Positions 45,867 to 55,236 of a stretch of DNA of 64,000 nt are shown here, piece by piece. The notes under the pieces were generated by a model, which ran no database searches, was not told where the DNA came from, and saw only the letters and a program-made list of their open reading frames with translations. Source of the stretch: a virus. The stretch is taken from IMG/VR virus record IMGVR_UViG_3300044635_002180, positions 1 to 64,000 of that record; one strand, given 5' to 3'. The translations under genes were made by a program, and so were the position numbers. Numbering within the stretch: position 1 is the stretch's first letter; each line of letters opens with the position of its first letter.

Positions 45867-47674
45867 ATAACCATTATTTTGCTGGATAGTTTGTTGCTAT
45901 CAATTAAGAAAGGATACTTGAAAGAAGGTAAAGCTATGTTTTGTGATGTGATGGATACATCCTCAACACTGTACAATGGATTCCACAGCACAAAGCTCAC
46001 ACCAGGTGTTTCAATATTCTTGTCAATGCGCTTTGTAAAGATTTTTTCCACACCAGCAATGGCTAATAAATCTTTGGTGAGTGCAAAAAAGTCTAATGTC
46101 ATTCCCAATTTCATTTTGTTAATGTCAAAGAAATTGAGCATTGCATCAAGCGCATTGGCTTTGATTTGACTTGCTGTGATTTTGCTGTTTTGTGCGCGTT
46201 GTATCACAAGCATACTTTTTTCTCTCAAGTCAACACTAGCAGGCTCATCAAAAGCTGCAACGGCAACATCTACAGCAATGTAAACTGGATCACTTGGCAC
46301 TAATTCTGTGCTTTGCATTTGCAAGCTCTGCATTTGATTGACAATCAACTGCTTGAGATTTGTTGAAAGTGTTTGAGGTATGCTGTTTTGCACCACAAAA
46401 TTGCGAGGCACAACAAACATATACACATTGTTAAAATCACATGCATCTGCAAAAGAAACTTGATTCAACAGCACTCTGGTATCATCATTGGGTTGCTTCA
46501 ATCCAATGTCATAAAAGTATTTCATGTATGCATTGACGTAGTCTGCATTGCTGATGGTCTTGACATCACGAATTAAATTTGCAAAGTTGCGTTTTGCAAA
46601 GGCATCAAAGTCAACTGTTGTAACTGCACGATTTTGAGCAGAAAAAATGCGTGGAGCATTTTCTCTTATTTCTTGCACTGTTTCCAGTGATTTGGGGTCA
46701 GTTGATTTGTTGGTGTTGGTGATGAAAACAGCATTGAGCTGATCTTGCGTAGCAATGGGATCAGTTGCTTCATAAATATTGGAAGAAATTTCTCTAAATC
46801 GAGGTGTAGTAAATCTTACCAAGGCTGCATCATTGATGGCTTGTGCAGCAATGACACCTTGTGAGCCATTGCTTTGCAAATAATACACTGCAACAAGATC
46901 ATTAGCATTGAGCTTTTTGCCATTGATATCATCACCAAACTTGAGCTCATATCTTCCTGCATCATTCAAACGCTTTTCAAAAGACTTGGAATTGGTTTGC
47001 TCATTGAAAAGAGATTCAACCAAATTCCACTCACTCCACAATTGTGTTGTTGCATCTTTGACAAACACAAAAATATTGCTGTAATCTACAAACGAATCAG
47101 CATTTGTTACAATGCTTTCAATGGCCATTGTAATGATTTCAAATGGAGCACCTGCTGCTGTTTGTGTTGGGTATTCACGAAATTGTCCTTGATACAACAA
47201 ATTTTGACTGCCAATTGATTGCAAATCTTCTGCACCATTGGTTGTTTTTTCAAAGTAAATGTCATTTGATACAGAATAAAATACTCCATTGGCTGTAACA
47301 AAAGAAAATCTTGGAATTATGTAGTTGCCAGCTGCCAAACCAGCACCAGCAGCAGCATCAAAGGATGCAATTGAAGTTTGTGAACCAAGAGGATTGTATC
47401 CAATGAGATTCACAAGTTTATTCATGTTTTCAAGCAAAGCAGATTGTGAAAAATAAGATTCTGCAGCCTGATTGTTCAAATAAAACAATGAAACGTGGTA
47501 GGAATACGCAATGATGTCAATGATTGCAGAAAGATTGCTGCCTTCAAATGCTTGATCAGTAAACACATTGGATGTTTTGAGTCTTTGAATTATGAGACTC
47601 TTGAGACTAGTTGCATCAAATGCAGCATATGCATCTTTTGGTAAGTTGAACTCTGTAAAATTTTGTGCAGACAT
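45863..47674 (-). CDS. baseplate wedge subunit (T4 gp6-like)
   Basis: FTD..FEGSNLS..IDI.AY, KFGD...GK, ET...IR.NAP..F.AQNRAVT..D. Confidence 0.9.
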   Translation of the reverse strand: MSAQNFTEFNLPKDAYAAFDATSLKSLIIQRLKTSNVFTDQAFEGSNLSAIIDIIAYSYHVSLFYLNNQAAESYFSQSALLENMNKLVNLIGYNPLGSQTSIASFDAAAGAGLAAGNYIIPRFSFVTANGVFYSVSNDIYFEKTTNGAEDLQSIGSQNLLYQGQFREYPTQTAAGAPFEIITMAIESIVTNADSFVDYSNIFVFVKDATTQLWSEWNLVESLFNEQTNSKSFEKRLNDAGRYELKFGDDINGKKLNANDLVAVYYLQSNGSQGVIAAQAINDAALVRFTTPRFREISSNIYEATDPIATQDQLNAVFITNTNKSTDPKSLETVQEIRENAPRIFSAQNRAVTTVDFDAFAKRNFANLIRDVKTISNADYVNAYMKYFYDIGLKQPNDDTRVLLNQVSFADACDFNNVYMFVVPRNFVVQNSIPQTLSTNLKQLIVNQMQSLQMQSTELVPSDPVYIAVDVAVAAFDEPASVDLREKSMLVIQRAQNSKITASQIKANALDAMLNFFDINKMKLGMTLDFFALTKDLLAIAGVEKIFTKRIDKNIETPGVSFVLWNPLYSVEDVSITSQNIALPSFKYPFLIDSNKLSSKIMVI

Positions 47675-47676
47675 AA

Positions 47677-48156
47677 TTATGTAAAGGTGGCATAGCCTTG
47701 GCTGTTGAGATTAATGCTAAGATTTAATTTAGCATCATTTTGCAGAAAAGGCACACCAACAGTCATATTTATCGTATACTGCTGATTATCATAATCAGGT
47801 ATTACTTGTATAGAAATGATGCTGACTCTGGGTTCAAACACAGAAATATTGCGCTCTATGGTTGTTCTAATCAAGGACGCAACAGAATCAGATGTTGGCA
47901 TGAACAAATAATCCCGCAAATCCATGCCAAATTCTGGATTTAAGATTTTATCTCCAGGGCTTGTCAAGAATAAATTGACGATGCTGTTGCGAATAGCACC
48001 TAAATCATAATCTGCAGCTATGTCTTGCTGCTGAGCTTGTTTTGCAGCTTCATTGGTTATGAGTTGCTGCAATTTCAAATCTAAATGCAAATCAGAATAG
48101 GTGTATCCACTATCTGATTTGTTTGTTTTTGGAAATACTATGTTTACATTGCCCAC
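47677..48156 (-). CDS. baseplate wedge subunit (T4 gp25-like)
   Basis: YSDL, AI.NSI.NL..T.PG.....PEFG, FEPRV; GTG start 5 nt after TAAATA. Confidence 0.9.
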   Translation of the reverse strand: MGNVNIVFPKTNKSDSGYTYSDLHLDLKLQQLITNEAAKQAQQQDIAADYDLGAIRNSIVNLFLTSPGDKILNPEFGMDLRDYLFMPTSDSVASLIRTTIERNISVFEPRVSIISIQVIPDYDNQQYTINMTVGVPFLQNDAKLNLSINLNSQGYATFT

Positions 48157-48193
48157 ATCATTATTTAATCACCTGTTAGCATAAATAATTGCA

Positions 48194-48769
48194 ATGAAAA
48201 GTAAATACCTTAGCTTACTAGAAAACACTCTTACACGCTACCAAAGAGGTGGGTTTCTTGTGGGAGACTACATCAAATTTGCTGATGATTATAAGTCTAA
48301 GCCATGCTACAAAGATTTAGCTGCACAAATCAAAGATGCAGTTGCAGAAGTTGTAGAGCTGTCCAAAAACATGAACTTGCGTGTCATTTCCATCAAAAAT
48401 GAATATCCATCCAGTGCACCTGGCAATGAATTCAACACCAATGGCAATGTTGTGATTGATGTTGGTTTGGATTATGGTGGTGGTCGCTTCTACAATGTTG
48501 TTACTGTTCCATGTGATGTGCTTACAAGATTAGATTATGGTGTGAATTATGCACCACTTCCACAAGCAATTGTTCGTCCCAATCAAATTACACTCAAACC
48601 AGAATTGGTTAAAATTGATGGTGACACTGAAGCATATCGCCAAACACGCACAGCAGATCAAGATGGCAAAGACAAGGATGTTGAGACTGAGCTTGATGAT
48701 GAGCATGTCAAGATTCCTGCAAGCTCAGCAAAAAGCTCAGTTGGTGCCTACTTGAAATATCTCAAGTAA
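48194..48769 (+). CDS. late hypothetical protein
   Basis: TAAATA at 48182-48187; divergent from gp25. Confidence 0.7.
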   Translation: MKSKYLSLLENTLTRYQRGGFLVGDYIKFADDYKSKPCYKDLAAQIKDAVAEVVELSKNMNLRVISIKNEYPSSAPGNEFNTNGNVVIDVGLDYGGGRFYNVVTVPCDVLTRLDYGVNYAPLPQAIVRPNQITLKPELVKIDGDTEAYRQTRTADQDGKDKDVETELDDEHVKIPASSAKSSVGAYLKYLK

Positions 48770-49691
48770 CATTCAAGAGATTCAAGCAGCAGTGAAATGC
48801 ATTGATTTCTTGATCCATTACAAAGCTTGATCTATACATGTGTTCAGCAATGATGCAAATCATCATTTGTTTTTTCTGTTCTTCAACTGAAGATGAATAC
48901 AATGCATTGAGCAGGCTTTTCATGAGTGCAGCATAATCATTGCAAAAATCCTCTTCATTGTTGATGAGAAACTGACGAATTAGTTTGCAATCCTGCTTGC
49001 TTATAATCATTTGAAGCAATTCATTGCTTGTTTCATCAATGCAATTGGCAAAATAGATGAACTTGCCTGTTGCACACATGCGCTGCAAGTGACCAATGAT
49101 GCGTCTCACATCCGGATAAGTGCTTTTGATTGCTTGCAACAAGCCCTGCTTGTCATCTTCTGCAATGGTTATGTTTTCTTGCTTGAGAACTTGGGTGCAA
49201 CGCTTTACAACATCAAGCATAGAACTTTCTATTTGAATGCTTTGACAACGGCTCTGCAGTGCAGGAATAATGCGATGCAATTGATTGGCTGTGATGATGA
49301 AACGAGTATATCTGGCATACTCTTCCATGATGTTGCGCAAAGCACGCTGACCTGCTTCTGAAAAGCCATCAGCTTCATCGAGTACAATGATCTTGATGCC
49401 ACCATCCAAGCTTTTTGTTTGTGCAAAGTTGGTAATTTTGCTTCGCACAGTATCAATGCCATTTTCATCTGAGGCATTGATGTAAAGAAACTGGCACTTG
49501 AGCAAATCATTGATGATGACTCGAGCAAGAGTTGTTTTGCCAATGCCTGGACGACCAGCCAGCAGCAAATTAGGAATTTCACCCTTGCTGGTGTATGTCT
49601 TGATGAGACTTTTGATGTTCTCATCAAGACACATTTCATCCAATGTTTTGGGCCTGTATTTCTCGATCCAAAGACCTTGTAAATTGAGCAT
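48762..49691 (-). CDS. sliding-clamp loader ATPase subunit (T4 gp44/RFC-like)
   Basis: WIEKYRP, GRPGIGKTT, NASD, LDEAD, ALR, SRC, YPD.R. Confidence 0.95.
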   Translation of the reverse strand: MLNLQGLWIEKYRPKTLDEMCLDENIKSLIKTYTSKGEIPNLLLAGRPGIGKTTLARVIINDLLKCQFLYINASDENGIDTVRSKITNFAQTKSLDGGIKIIVLDEADGFSEAGQRALRNIMEEYARYTRFIITANQLHRIIPALQSRCQSIQIESSMLDVVKRCTQVLKQENITIAEDDKQGLLQAIKSTYPDVRRIIGHLQRMCATGKFIYFANCIDETSNELLQMIISKQDCKLIRQFLINNEEDFCNDYAALMKSLLNALYSSSVEEQKKQMMICIIAEHMYRSSFVMDQEINAFHCCLNLLNVT

Positions 49692-49699
49692 AATATAAA

Positions 49700-50212
49700 T
49701 TACTTGCCAGAAGAACCAAAACCATTTTCACCGCGATCAGATTCTGCAGCTTGCTCTGCAAATGTAACTTTGTTGGCACTGATGATGTGATACAGCACAA
49801 ATTGTGCAATGCGATCACCTTTCTTGACTTGATAATCTTTGTCTGTGAGATTGTAAAGCTTGATGCCAGCATCACCACGATATCCATTGTCAATGATGCC
49901 TGGGTGTGGCAAAATGCCGTGTTTGAAGCCCAAACCACTGCGACCCTCAACTTTGATCCAGTAAAGCTTTGGAATGTAAGCAAACTTCAAGCCAACATCA
50001 ACAACTGCAGACCCACGAGCTGGAATGAGTTTATCCTCTACACAAAATACATCATAACCAGTATCAGATGCATTGTTTTTCACTGGCAGTTGAGCATCTT
50101 CATGAGTCTTGATGAATTGCAAGCTATAATAATTGTCAAGAATTGTAGAGAGATCATTAGCAGTATTATTATGTGCAGTGCAGAGAGCAATGTTAGAATT
50201 AGTTTCGTTCAT
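49700..50212 (-). CDS. dut: trimeric dUTPase
   Basis: GYD, GRSG, GIIDNGYRG, RIAQ, RGENGFGSSG; promoter TTGAGA-16-TATCTT 6 nt before ATG. Confidence 0.95.
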   Translation of the reverse strand: MNETNSNIALCTAHNNTANDLSTILDNYYSLQFIKTHEDAQLPVKNNASDTGYDVFCVEDKLIPARGSAVVDVGLKFAYIPKLYWIKVEGRSGLGFKHGILPHPGIIDNGYRGDAGIKLYNLTDKDYQVKKGDRIAQFVLYHIISANKVTFAEQAAESDRGENGFGSSGK

Positions 50213-50268
50213 ATGCATAAGATAATGCATGCACTTGTTTTCTCAACTATTCCCCTAAATAAAAAATA

Positions 50269-50727
50269 ATGCAACAAGATGATACGCAAGAAGCAGTCAA
50301 CAATATTTTGAACCAGCTCAAAAACTTTGATGCTCCCAAACAGGTAATTCAGCATCAGCCACCAGCACCAGAAGAGCTGGAGCAATTCATCATTGACAAA
50401 TCTAGTGAACTCATCAACAAAAGCTTGCAAGTGTTGGATGAATACAGAGATTTTTTAACTGCAACACCATCAGAAGAATCAGCAGAAGCAATGTCAAATT
50501 TAATCAATGCTTCATCATCTGCCATTGAATCACTCAACAAAGTATTGGCTGCTAACAAGCGCGCAGCAACCTCCATCAAAGTAAAAGAGATGGAAATTAA
50601 AGCTCGCATTGACAACAACAAGCGTGACAATGCTACAAAGCTCATGATGACTCGCGGTGAATTGATGCAAATGCTCATGGATGCACCAGAAGCAATTGAA
50701 GTTGAGACTCAAAAAGTTGATAATTAA
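50269..50727 (+). CDS. putative terminase small subunit (T4 gp16-like)
   Basis: Size, central helical hairpin and C-terminal T..EL..ML; late promoter at 50256-50261. Confidence 0.55.
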   Translation: MQQDDTQEAVNNILNQLKNFDAPKQVIQHQPPAPEELEQFIIDKSSELINKSLQVLDEYRDFLTATPSEESAEAMSNLINASSSAIESLNKVLAANKRAATSIKVKEMEIKARIDNNKRDNATKLMMTRGELMQMLMDAPEAIEVETQKVDN

Positions 50728-52265
50728 TCAACTGCTACACCACTAACATATCGTGGCGGTTGAACATAGCCTGCAGGTGGTCCACTGGCTTTGGTAATGG
50801 TTGTTACAGCACTATCTAATCCAGCTGCTCTTCCCACAGGAGAGTAAAAATCAACTCTGCCAGTGAGATAATTTGCAGTTCTATCATCAAAGCGCTTTGG
50901 AAATGTTCTGCCATCAGCTGTTTGAACATTCACCCAATCACCTAATTTTACACCACTTGCTCTCATTTGCGCTTCAACATCTGGTGATGCAGCCATTGAG
51001 TAATCTTTTAGCAAATAATTACCGCCCTTCAATCCAGCAGGTCCTTTGCCAGCTTCTCCAATGCCACCTGCACCAATGCCTTTCATAGTGTTGCTATCTT
51101 TGTATGGATCATTGGCTTGCCCATAATCAGTAACTTTTGATCCATCAACATTAGCTTTGCCTTTGGCTGGCTGAGTTTGCTCATTGTTGGCATCATTGTT
51201 TTGTGATTGAGCTTCAGTTTCTTTTTTGCCAGTTTTTGGATATCTATTCCAGTTCTGATCATCATCCCAATCATATCTGCTTTCAGTGTAATCAAGAAAG
51301 TCTTTGATGGAGAGATAAAACGGCTTGACTGGTGGCGTTTTCAACTTGCCAAAGACGTTGAGCTCATAATTGGATCCTTCTGATGTTACATTGATGGTGG
51401 CATTGGTAGCAACAGCCATGTTCATGTTTGCATCCAATGGATTGTATCTGTATTTGAATTCATGCAATCTAAAGCAATCATTCAAAGAGCTTTTGGCACG
51501 AGCAAGCAAATTGCTTGCATTGTTTTGCGTTTGAAAGTAAGGAAAAGGATCTGTAGCAAAATAGCCACCATGAGGAATAAAGCTCATGCTCTTGCCTTGT
51601 TGCAGCAAGGATGTTTCTGTCTGCACCCGATTGCTATTAAAAAGCGGCTCAGTGGCTTTTGCAACAATGTTTTTTGTAGCAGTAGCAACACTGGCAAGCA
51701 ATTGCTGTGCAACAACTGATATTTTATTGAATGTAGCTCCAGCAATGTTGAGAGGTGCATGCAATAAACTTGATGCTCCATCCCATGCAGGCGCAACATT
51801 GCTGGTGTTTTGTTGCATAGCATTGGCAAGCAGTGCAACAACATCACCAATGGGCTTGAAATAATTGCATGGACCACCACATTGATTCAAAAGGTTTGCA
51901 AGTTTGCTTGGAAAGCTATCATCATTTGGTGATCTGCGTTGATTAGCTGCAACAAATGCATCATCTATTTCTCTAATGAGTGGATCAACCATCTGTGGAG
52001 GCAAACTCAACACTCTATCCACGTGCATTTGCAGTGTTTGTGCATCCAATTGATTGCCAAGCAAAATTATATCTTGCATGTATGTTCTCAATGCATTGAT
52101 GGGTGCAGCAGATTGTTCAAAATTCTTGTTATCAAATGATAGTTTATAATCTGCACTCAAAGCATTTGTAAATGCACACAAGTTTGCGTTCCTTTGTACA
52201 AATGTTGGACTATACAATGCTGTTGCATCAACAAGTTGAGGGGCTGTTGTTTTAATTAAAATCAT
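50724..52265 (-). CDS. baseplate-associated protein with a C-terminal 3D/DPBB-like (lytic transglycosylase-type) domain
   Basis: VTDYG...D, A.SPD, LGD.V, FDDRT...GRVDFY; follows the hub gene. Confidence 0.55.
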   Translation of the reverse strand: MILIKTTAPQLVDATALYSPTFVQRNANLCAFTNALSADYKLSFDNKNFEQSAAPINALRTYMQDIILLGNQLDAQTLQMHVDRVLSLPPQMVDPLIREIDDAFVAANQRRSPNDDSFPSKLANLLNQCGGPCNYFKPIGDVVALLANAMQQNTSNVAPAWDGASSLLHAPLNIAGATFNKISVVAQQLLASVATATKNIVAKATEPLFNSNRVQTETSLLQQGKSMSFIPHGGYFATDPFPYFQTQNNASNLLARAKSSLNDCFRLHEFKYRYNPLDANMNMAVATNATINVTSEGSNYELNVFGKLKTPPVKPFYLSIKDFLDYTESRYDWDDDQNWNRYPKTGKKETEAQSQNNDANNEQTQPAKGKANVDGSKVTDYGQANDPYKDSNTMKGIGAGGIGEAGKGPAGLKGGNYLLKDYSMAASPDVEAQMRASGVKLGDWVNVQTADGRTFPKRFDDRTANYLTGRVDFYSPVGRAAGLDSAVTTITKASGPPAGYVQPPRYVSGVAVD

Positions 52266-53698
52266 TTTGTTTGTTCAAATTTATATGTTTTAACTGCTTC
52301 AATGATGTTGTAGTAACTGTTGCCCATGAACACATGAGATACGCTGATGATGAACCATCTGCCTATCAAATTATTATCCACACCTGAACCAGCTACATCA
52401 GATTCAGTGGCAATGTCTATAAAATGCCCGCTGCGTCTGTGTGTACTGCCTACAGTTCTAAACACAATGTTGTCACCACCGCTAATTATTAAATCCATGA
52501 GCATATTGTTGCGAACATTGTAGTTATAATCAAGCGGCAATGCATTAGTTATAATTTTAGGCTTTAAAAAACTATAATTCTCAATGTCAGCCAACTCAAC
52601 TGATGGTTTAATGTTGGGTGATTTATTCTTGAATGGATCCACATACAGTTTACTGTAATCTTTCAACACATTCTTAATGCTACCATCTTCACAATTGAAA
52701 TAAAAATTTCTATCACCAGGGAAAAATGTGGCAAGCACATTGTTGGTAATGCTGCGAGTAAATTCATTGCCATTGAGTGGTGAAAGTTTATGTTCAAGAA
52801 TATTACTCATTGTTCGCAGCCTTGTGCCAAGAGTATTGTCTGATGTATTTTCTTTTGCACCAGCACCGCTGCCTACAATGAATGTTTCAAGAACATATTC
52901 CTCAGGATTTGTCTTTTGCAATTCAAACAATTTTGCAAACGAAATGTTCTTAAACTTATTGATGGAATAATCATAATAGAACAGGCACGGGTCTCTATCT
53001 TTTTCTGATTGATGCAAAGAGTTTACATACATCATGCTTTGAAATGCATTGGATGTGCTTCTGCTGTACCACATGATTTTTGTAGCACCCAAATCAAAAT
53101 TAGCTACATCAATTATTTTTTCTTGTTCGCCTTCATCTATACCATAAGTTCGCAAAATAATATCCTTGAGCAATTCACCCGTTAAGATAGAACGCTCTGA
53201 GTTGTTCATATCACGCAAAGCTACATCAGGATTTTTCTTTTGTGCAACTTGTGCAGATGAAAAGAGATCTGAATTTTCAATTGCCATTTGATGCTTGATG
53301 TCCCTAAAGTTCATTATGTTGATATTAGAAGCATTATCATCACTATCTTGCAGCTCATTGATGCAAAAAACATAAGTCAGCCCAAAAGCTTTTCTCAATT
53401 CATCATTATTATAATCATTTTTTAAATTGCCAGATACATTGGGCATGATATCTACAGCCAAATAATCTCTATTGTTGCCAGCAAAATTTAATGCTCTTTG
53501 TTTATCAACATCAGCTTGCAATATGTCTCTTGTGTTGTTGATGATGATGGAGCCAGATATAAACGGAATGAATACATTGTCAGTTATGGTGAGATTGCTG
53601 ATGGTATCGGCAGTAAGCAATCTCTTGTTCTTTGTTGTTGCATCTCCAATGAAAACATTGTAAGAAAAGAATCTGTTGTCAAATTTTTCAATGTTCAT
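52262..53698 (-). CDS. baseplate hub protein (gp27-like)
   Basis: I.D..F.P.ISG.I.I at the N-terminus; G...R.SG.FI...GRWFI.SV.H at the C-terminus. Confidence 0.65.
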   Translation of the reverse strand: MNIEKFDNRFFSYNVFIGDATTKNKRLLTADTISNLTITDNVFIPFISGSIIINNTRDILQADVDKQRALNFAGNNRDYLAVDIMPNVSGNLKNDYNNDELRKAFGLTYVFCINELQDSDDNASNINIMNFRDIKHQMAIENSDLFSSAQVAQKKNPDVALRDMNNSERSILTGELLKDIILRTYGIDEGEQEKIIDVANFDLGATKIMWYSRSTSNAFQSMMYVNSLHQSEKDRDPCLFYYDYSINKFKNISFAKLFELQKTNPEEYVLETFIVGSGAGAKENTSDNTLGTRLRTMSNILEHKLSPLNGNEFTRSITNNVLATFFPGDRNFYFNCEDGSIKNVLKDYSKLYVDPFKNKSPNIKPSVELADIENYSFLKPKIITNALPLDYNYNVRNNMLMDLIISGGDNIVFRTVGSTHRRSGHFIDIATESDVAGSGVDNNLIGRWFIISVSHVFMGNSYYNIIEAVKTYKFEQTK

Positions 53699-54078
53699 AC
53701 TTGTTTGATTGCTTGTAGAATTGTTTGCAGATATTCACGACGAGGCACTACAAACACTGAGCCTGCTGCTGGAATATTTATTGGATCGAGATTGTTCATG
53801 ATGGCAATCAACCACCACAAGTGCATAGTATTGTATAACCTGTAACTGATTGCTGTCAGTGGCATGTTGCTGTCAATAAAAACATACTCAACATATTGTT
53901 CATCTATGTTGGTTAAATCAACAACGACTTTGTTGCTAATGTTGTAATAGTAATAGTTGCTTGCATCCTGCGTTTGGTATACATTCAAGATATTTTCGTA
54001 ATACTCACCTGCAATTGGCGGTATATCATTTATATTTACTGGTTTTTGTGGAACTTGCATATTAAAAGGATATACCAC
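53695..54078 (-). CDS. baseplate wedge protein (T4 gp53-like, LysM-like)
   Basis: ISYRLY....LWWLI...N. Confidence 0.8.
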   Translation of the reverse strand: MVYPFNMQVPQKPVNINDIPPIAGEYYENILNVYQTQDASNYYYYNISNKVVVDLTNIDEQYVEYVFIDSNMPLTAISYRLYNTMHLWWLIAIMNNLDPINIPAAGSVFVVPRREYLQTILQAIKQV

Positions 54079-55204
54079 CTGTATTTGATTGTTTCCACAT
54101 CTCTAGCAGCATATTGCTGTTATTAACATTGAGTGATCCAAATGTAATTGATACATCATAAGCATCTGGCATGATTGCTGGTATAGAGGCATTGAGCCCC
54201 TTAATGGAAGTTTGTGGCATGTTTATATTTACATGCCTTCTATTGCCTATGAATTTAATATTCAATGATTCAAGATATCCATATTGTATATAGCAAACAC
54301 CTGGCACATTAACAGTGTACATTTTTGGCATCTCAAGCAATGACTTGGTTACTCGTTGCGGGGTGTTTTGAAAAATTAACAACCAAAGAAATTGATAATT
54401 TGCACATGCTTGCTCAAATGTTTGTGTATTAAACAATGGAAAATTAAATGTTACAGATGGGCTGTTGGAATGTGCTGGATCAAACATTCTAGGTTTTTCA
54501 ATGTATTGACCTGGTGCGGAAATTTTAGCAAAACCTGCAACTGTATCTTGCATTTGATTTATGCTATTTGATAGAGGATATGAAAGATCAGGCCAAGCAT
54601 TTGTAATGCTGCTGAAAGCTTGATCATCTAAATACGGAAGCAAATATTTAAACTTAGTAGGTGCAAGTGAATATAAATTTTTGTAAGGCTGCATCCATAA
54701 CGAACCAGGGAAGTCATATTTAGCATTAATATCTGCTGCTTCTCGTGCACCACTATTGATTGCATTTTGAGTATCTTTTGCTAATTGAGTAGCTCCAGCT
54801 AAGCCATCTGATATAGCTCCAAGTCCTGCTTTTTTAGCTATGGTGGTTAGAAGATTAACAGAAGATTCACCTGCAGCCACTGCAGCTTCAGATGCATAGA
54901 GCAGTGCTGCAATAACAGATGTATCCTCAACTCTATATTCTGAAATATCTCCGCGGGGAACTAATTTTTTGTTGAATCCAGCATATGCTACTGGTGTAGT
55001 AGTCCAGTCAAAATCATCGCAAACATTTATATAACTACTTGCACCACTATTTCTAGCCAATGGTCTTGCAGCAACTGTATTGCCATTTGATAATGTTTGA
55101 GTGCGCAAAGCAGAAGAACCACCTGCGGGCATAGCCTTTACATACGGATATGGAGTGTTTCCAAATTTTTCCTGATCAGTAAGGTTGAATAATGATTGCG
55201 CCAT
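54062..55204 (-). CDS. baseplate/tail tube cap protein (gp48-like)
   Basis: Synteny; F.FPL, P..Y.V, P..Y.VSITF. Confidence 0.55.
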   Translation of the reverse strand: MAQSLFNLTDQEKFGNTPYPYVKAMPAGGSSALRTQTLSNGNTVAARPLARNSGASSYINVCDDFDWTTTPVAYAGFNKKLVPRGDISEYRVEDTSVIAALLYASEAAVAAGESSVNLLTTIAKKAGLGAISDGLAGATQLAKDTQNAINSGAREAADINAKYDFPGSLWMQPYKNLYSLAPTKFKYLLPYLDDQAFSSITNAWPDLSYPLSNSINQMQDTVAGFAKISAPGQYIEKPRMFDPAHSNSPSVTFNFPLFNTQTFEQACANYQFLWLLIFQNTPQRVTKSLLEMPKMYTVNVPGVCYIQYGYLESLNIKFIGNRRHVNINMPQTSIKGLNASIPAIMPDAYDVSITFGSLNVNNSNMLLEMWKQSNTGGISF

Positions 55205-55236
55205 GCATATATTTATGTATGTAATGCAAAATCATC

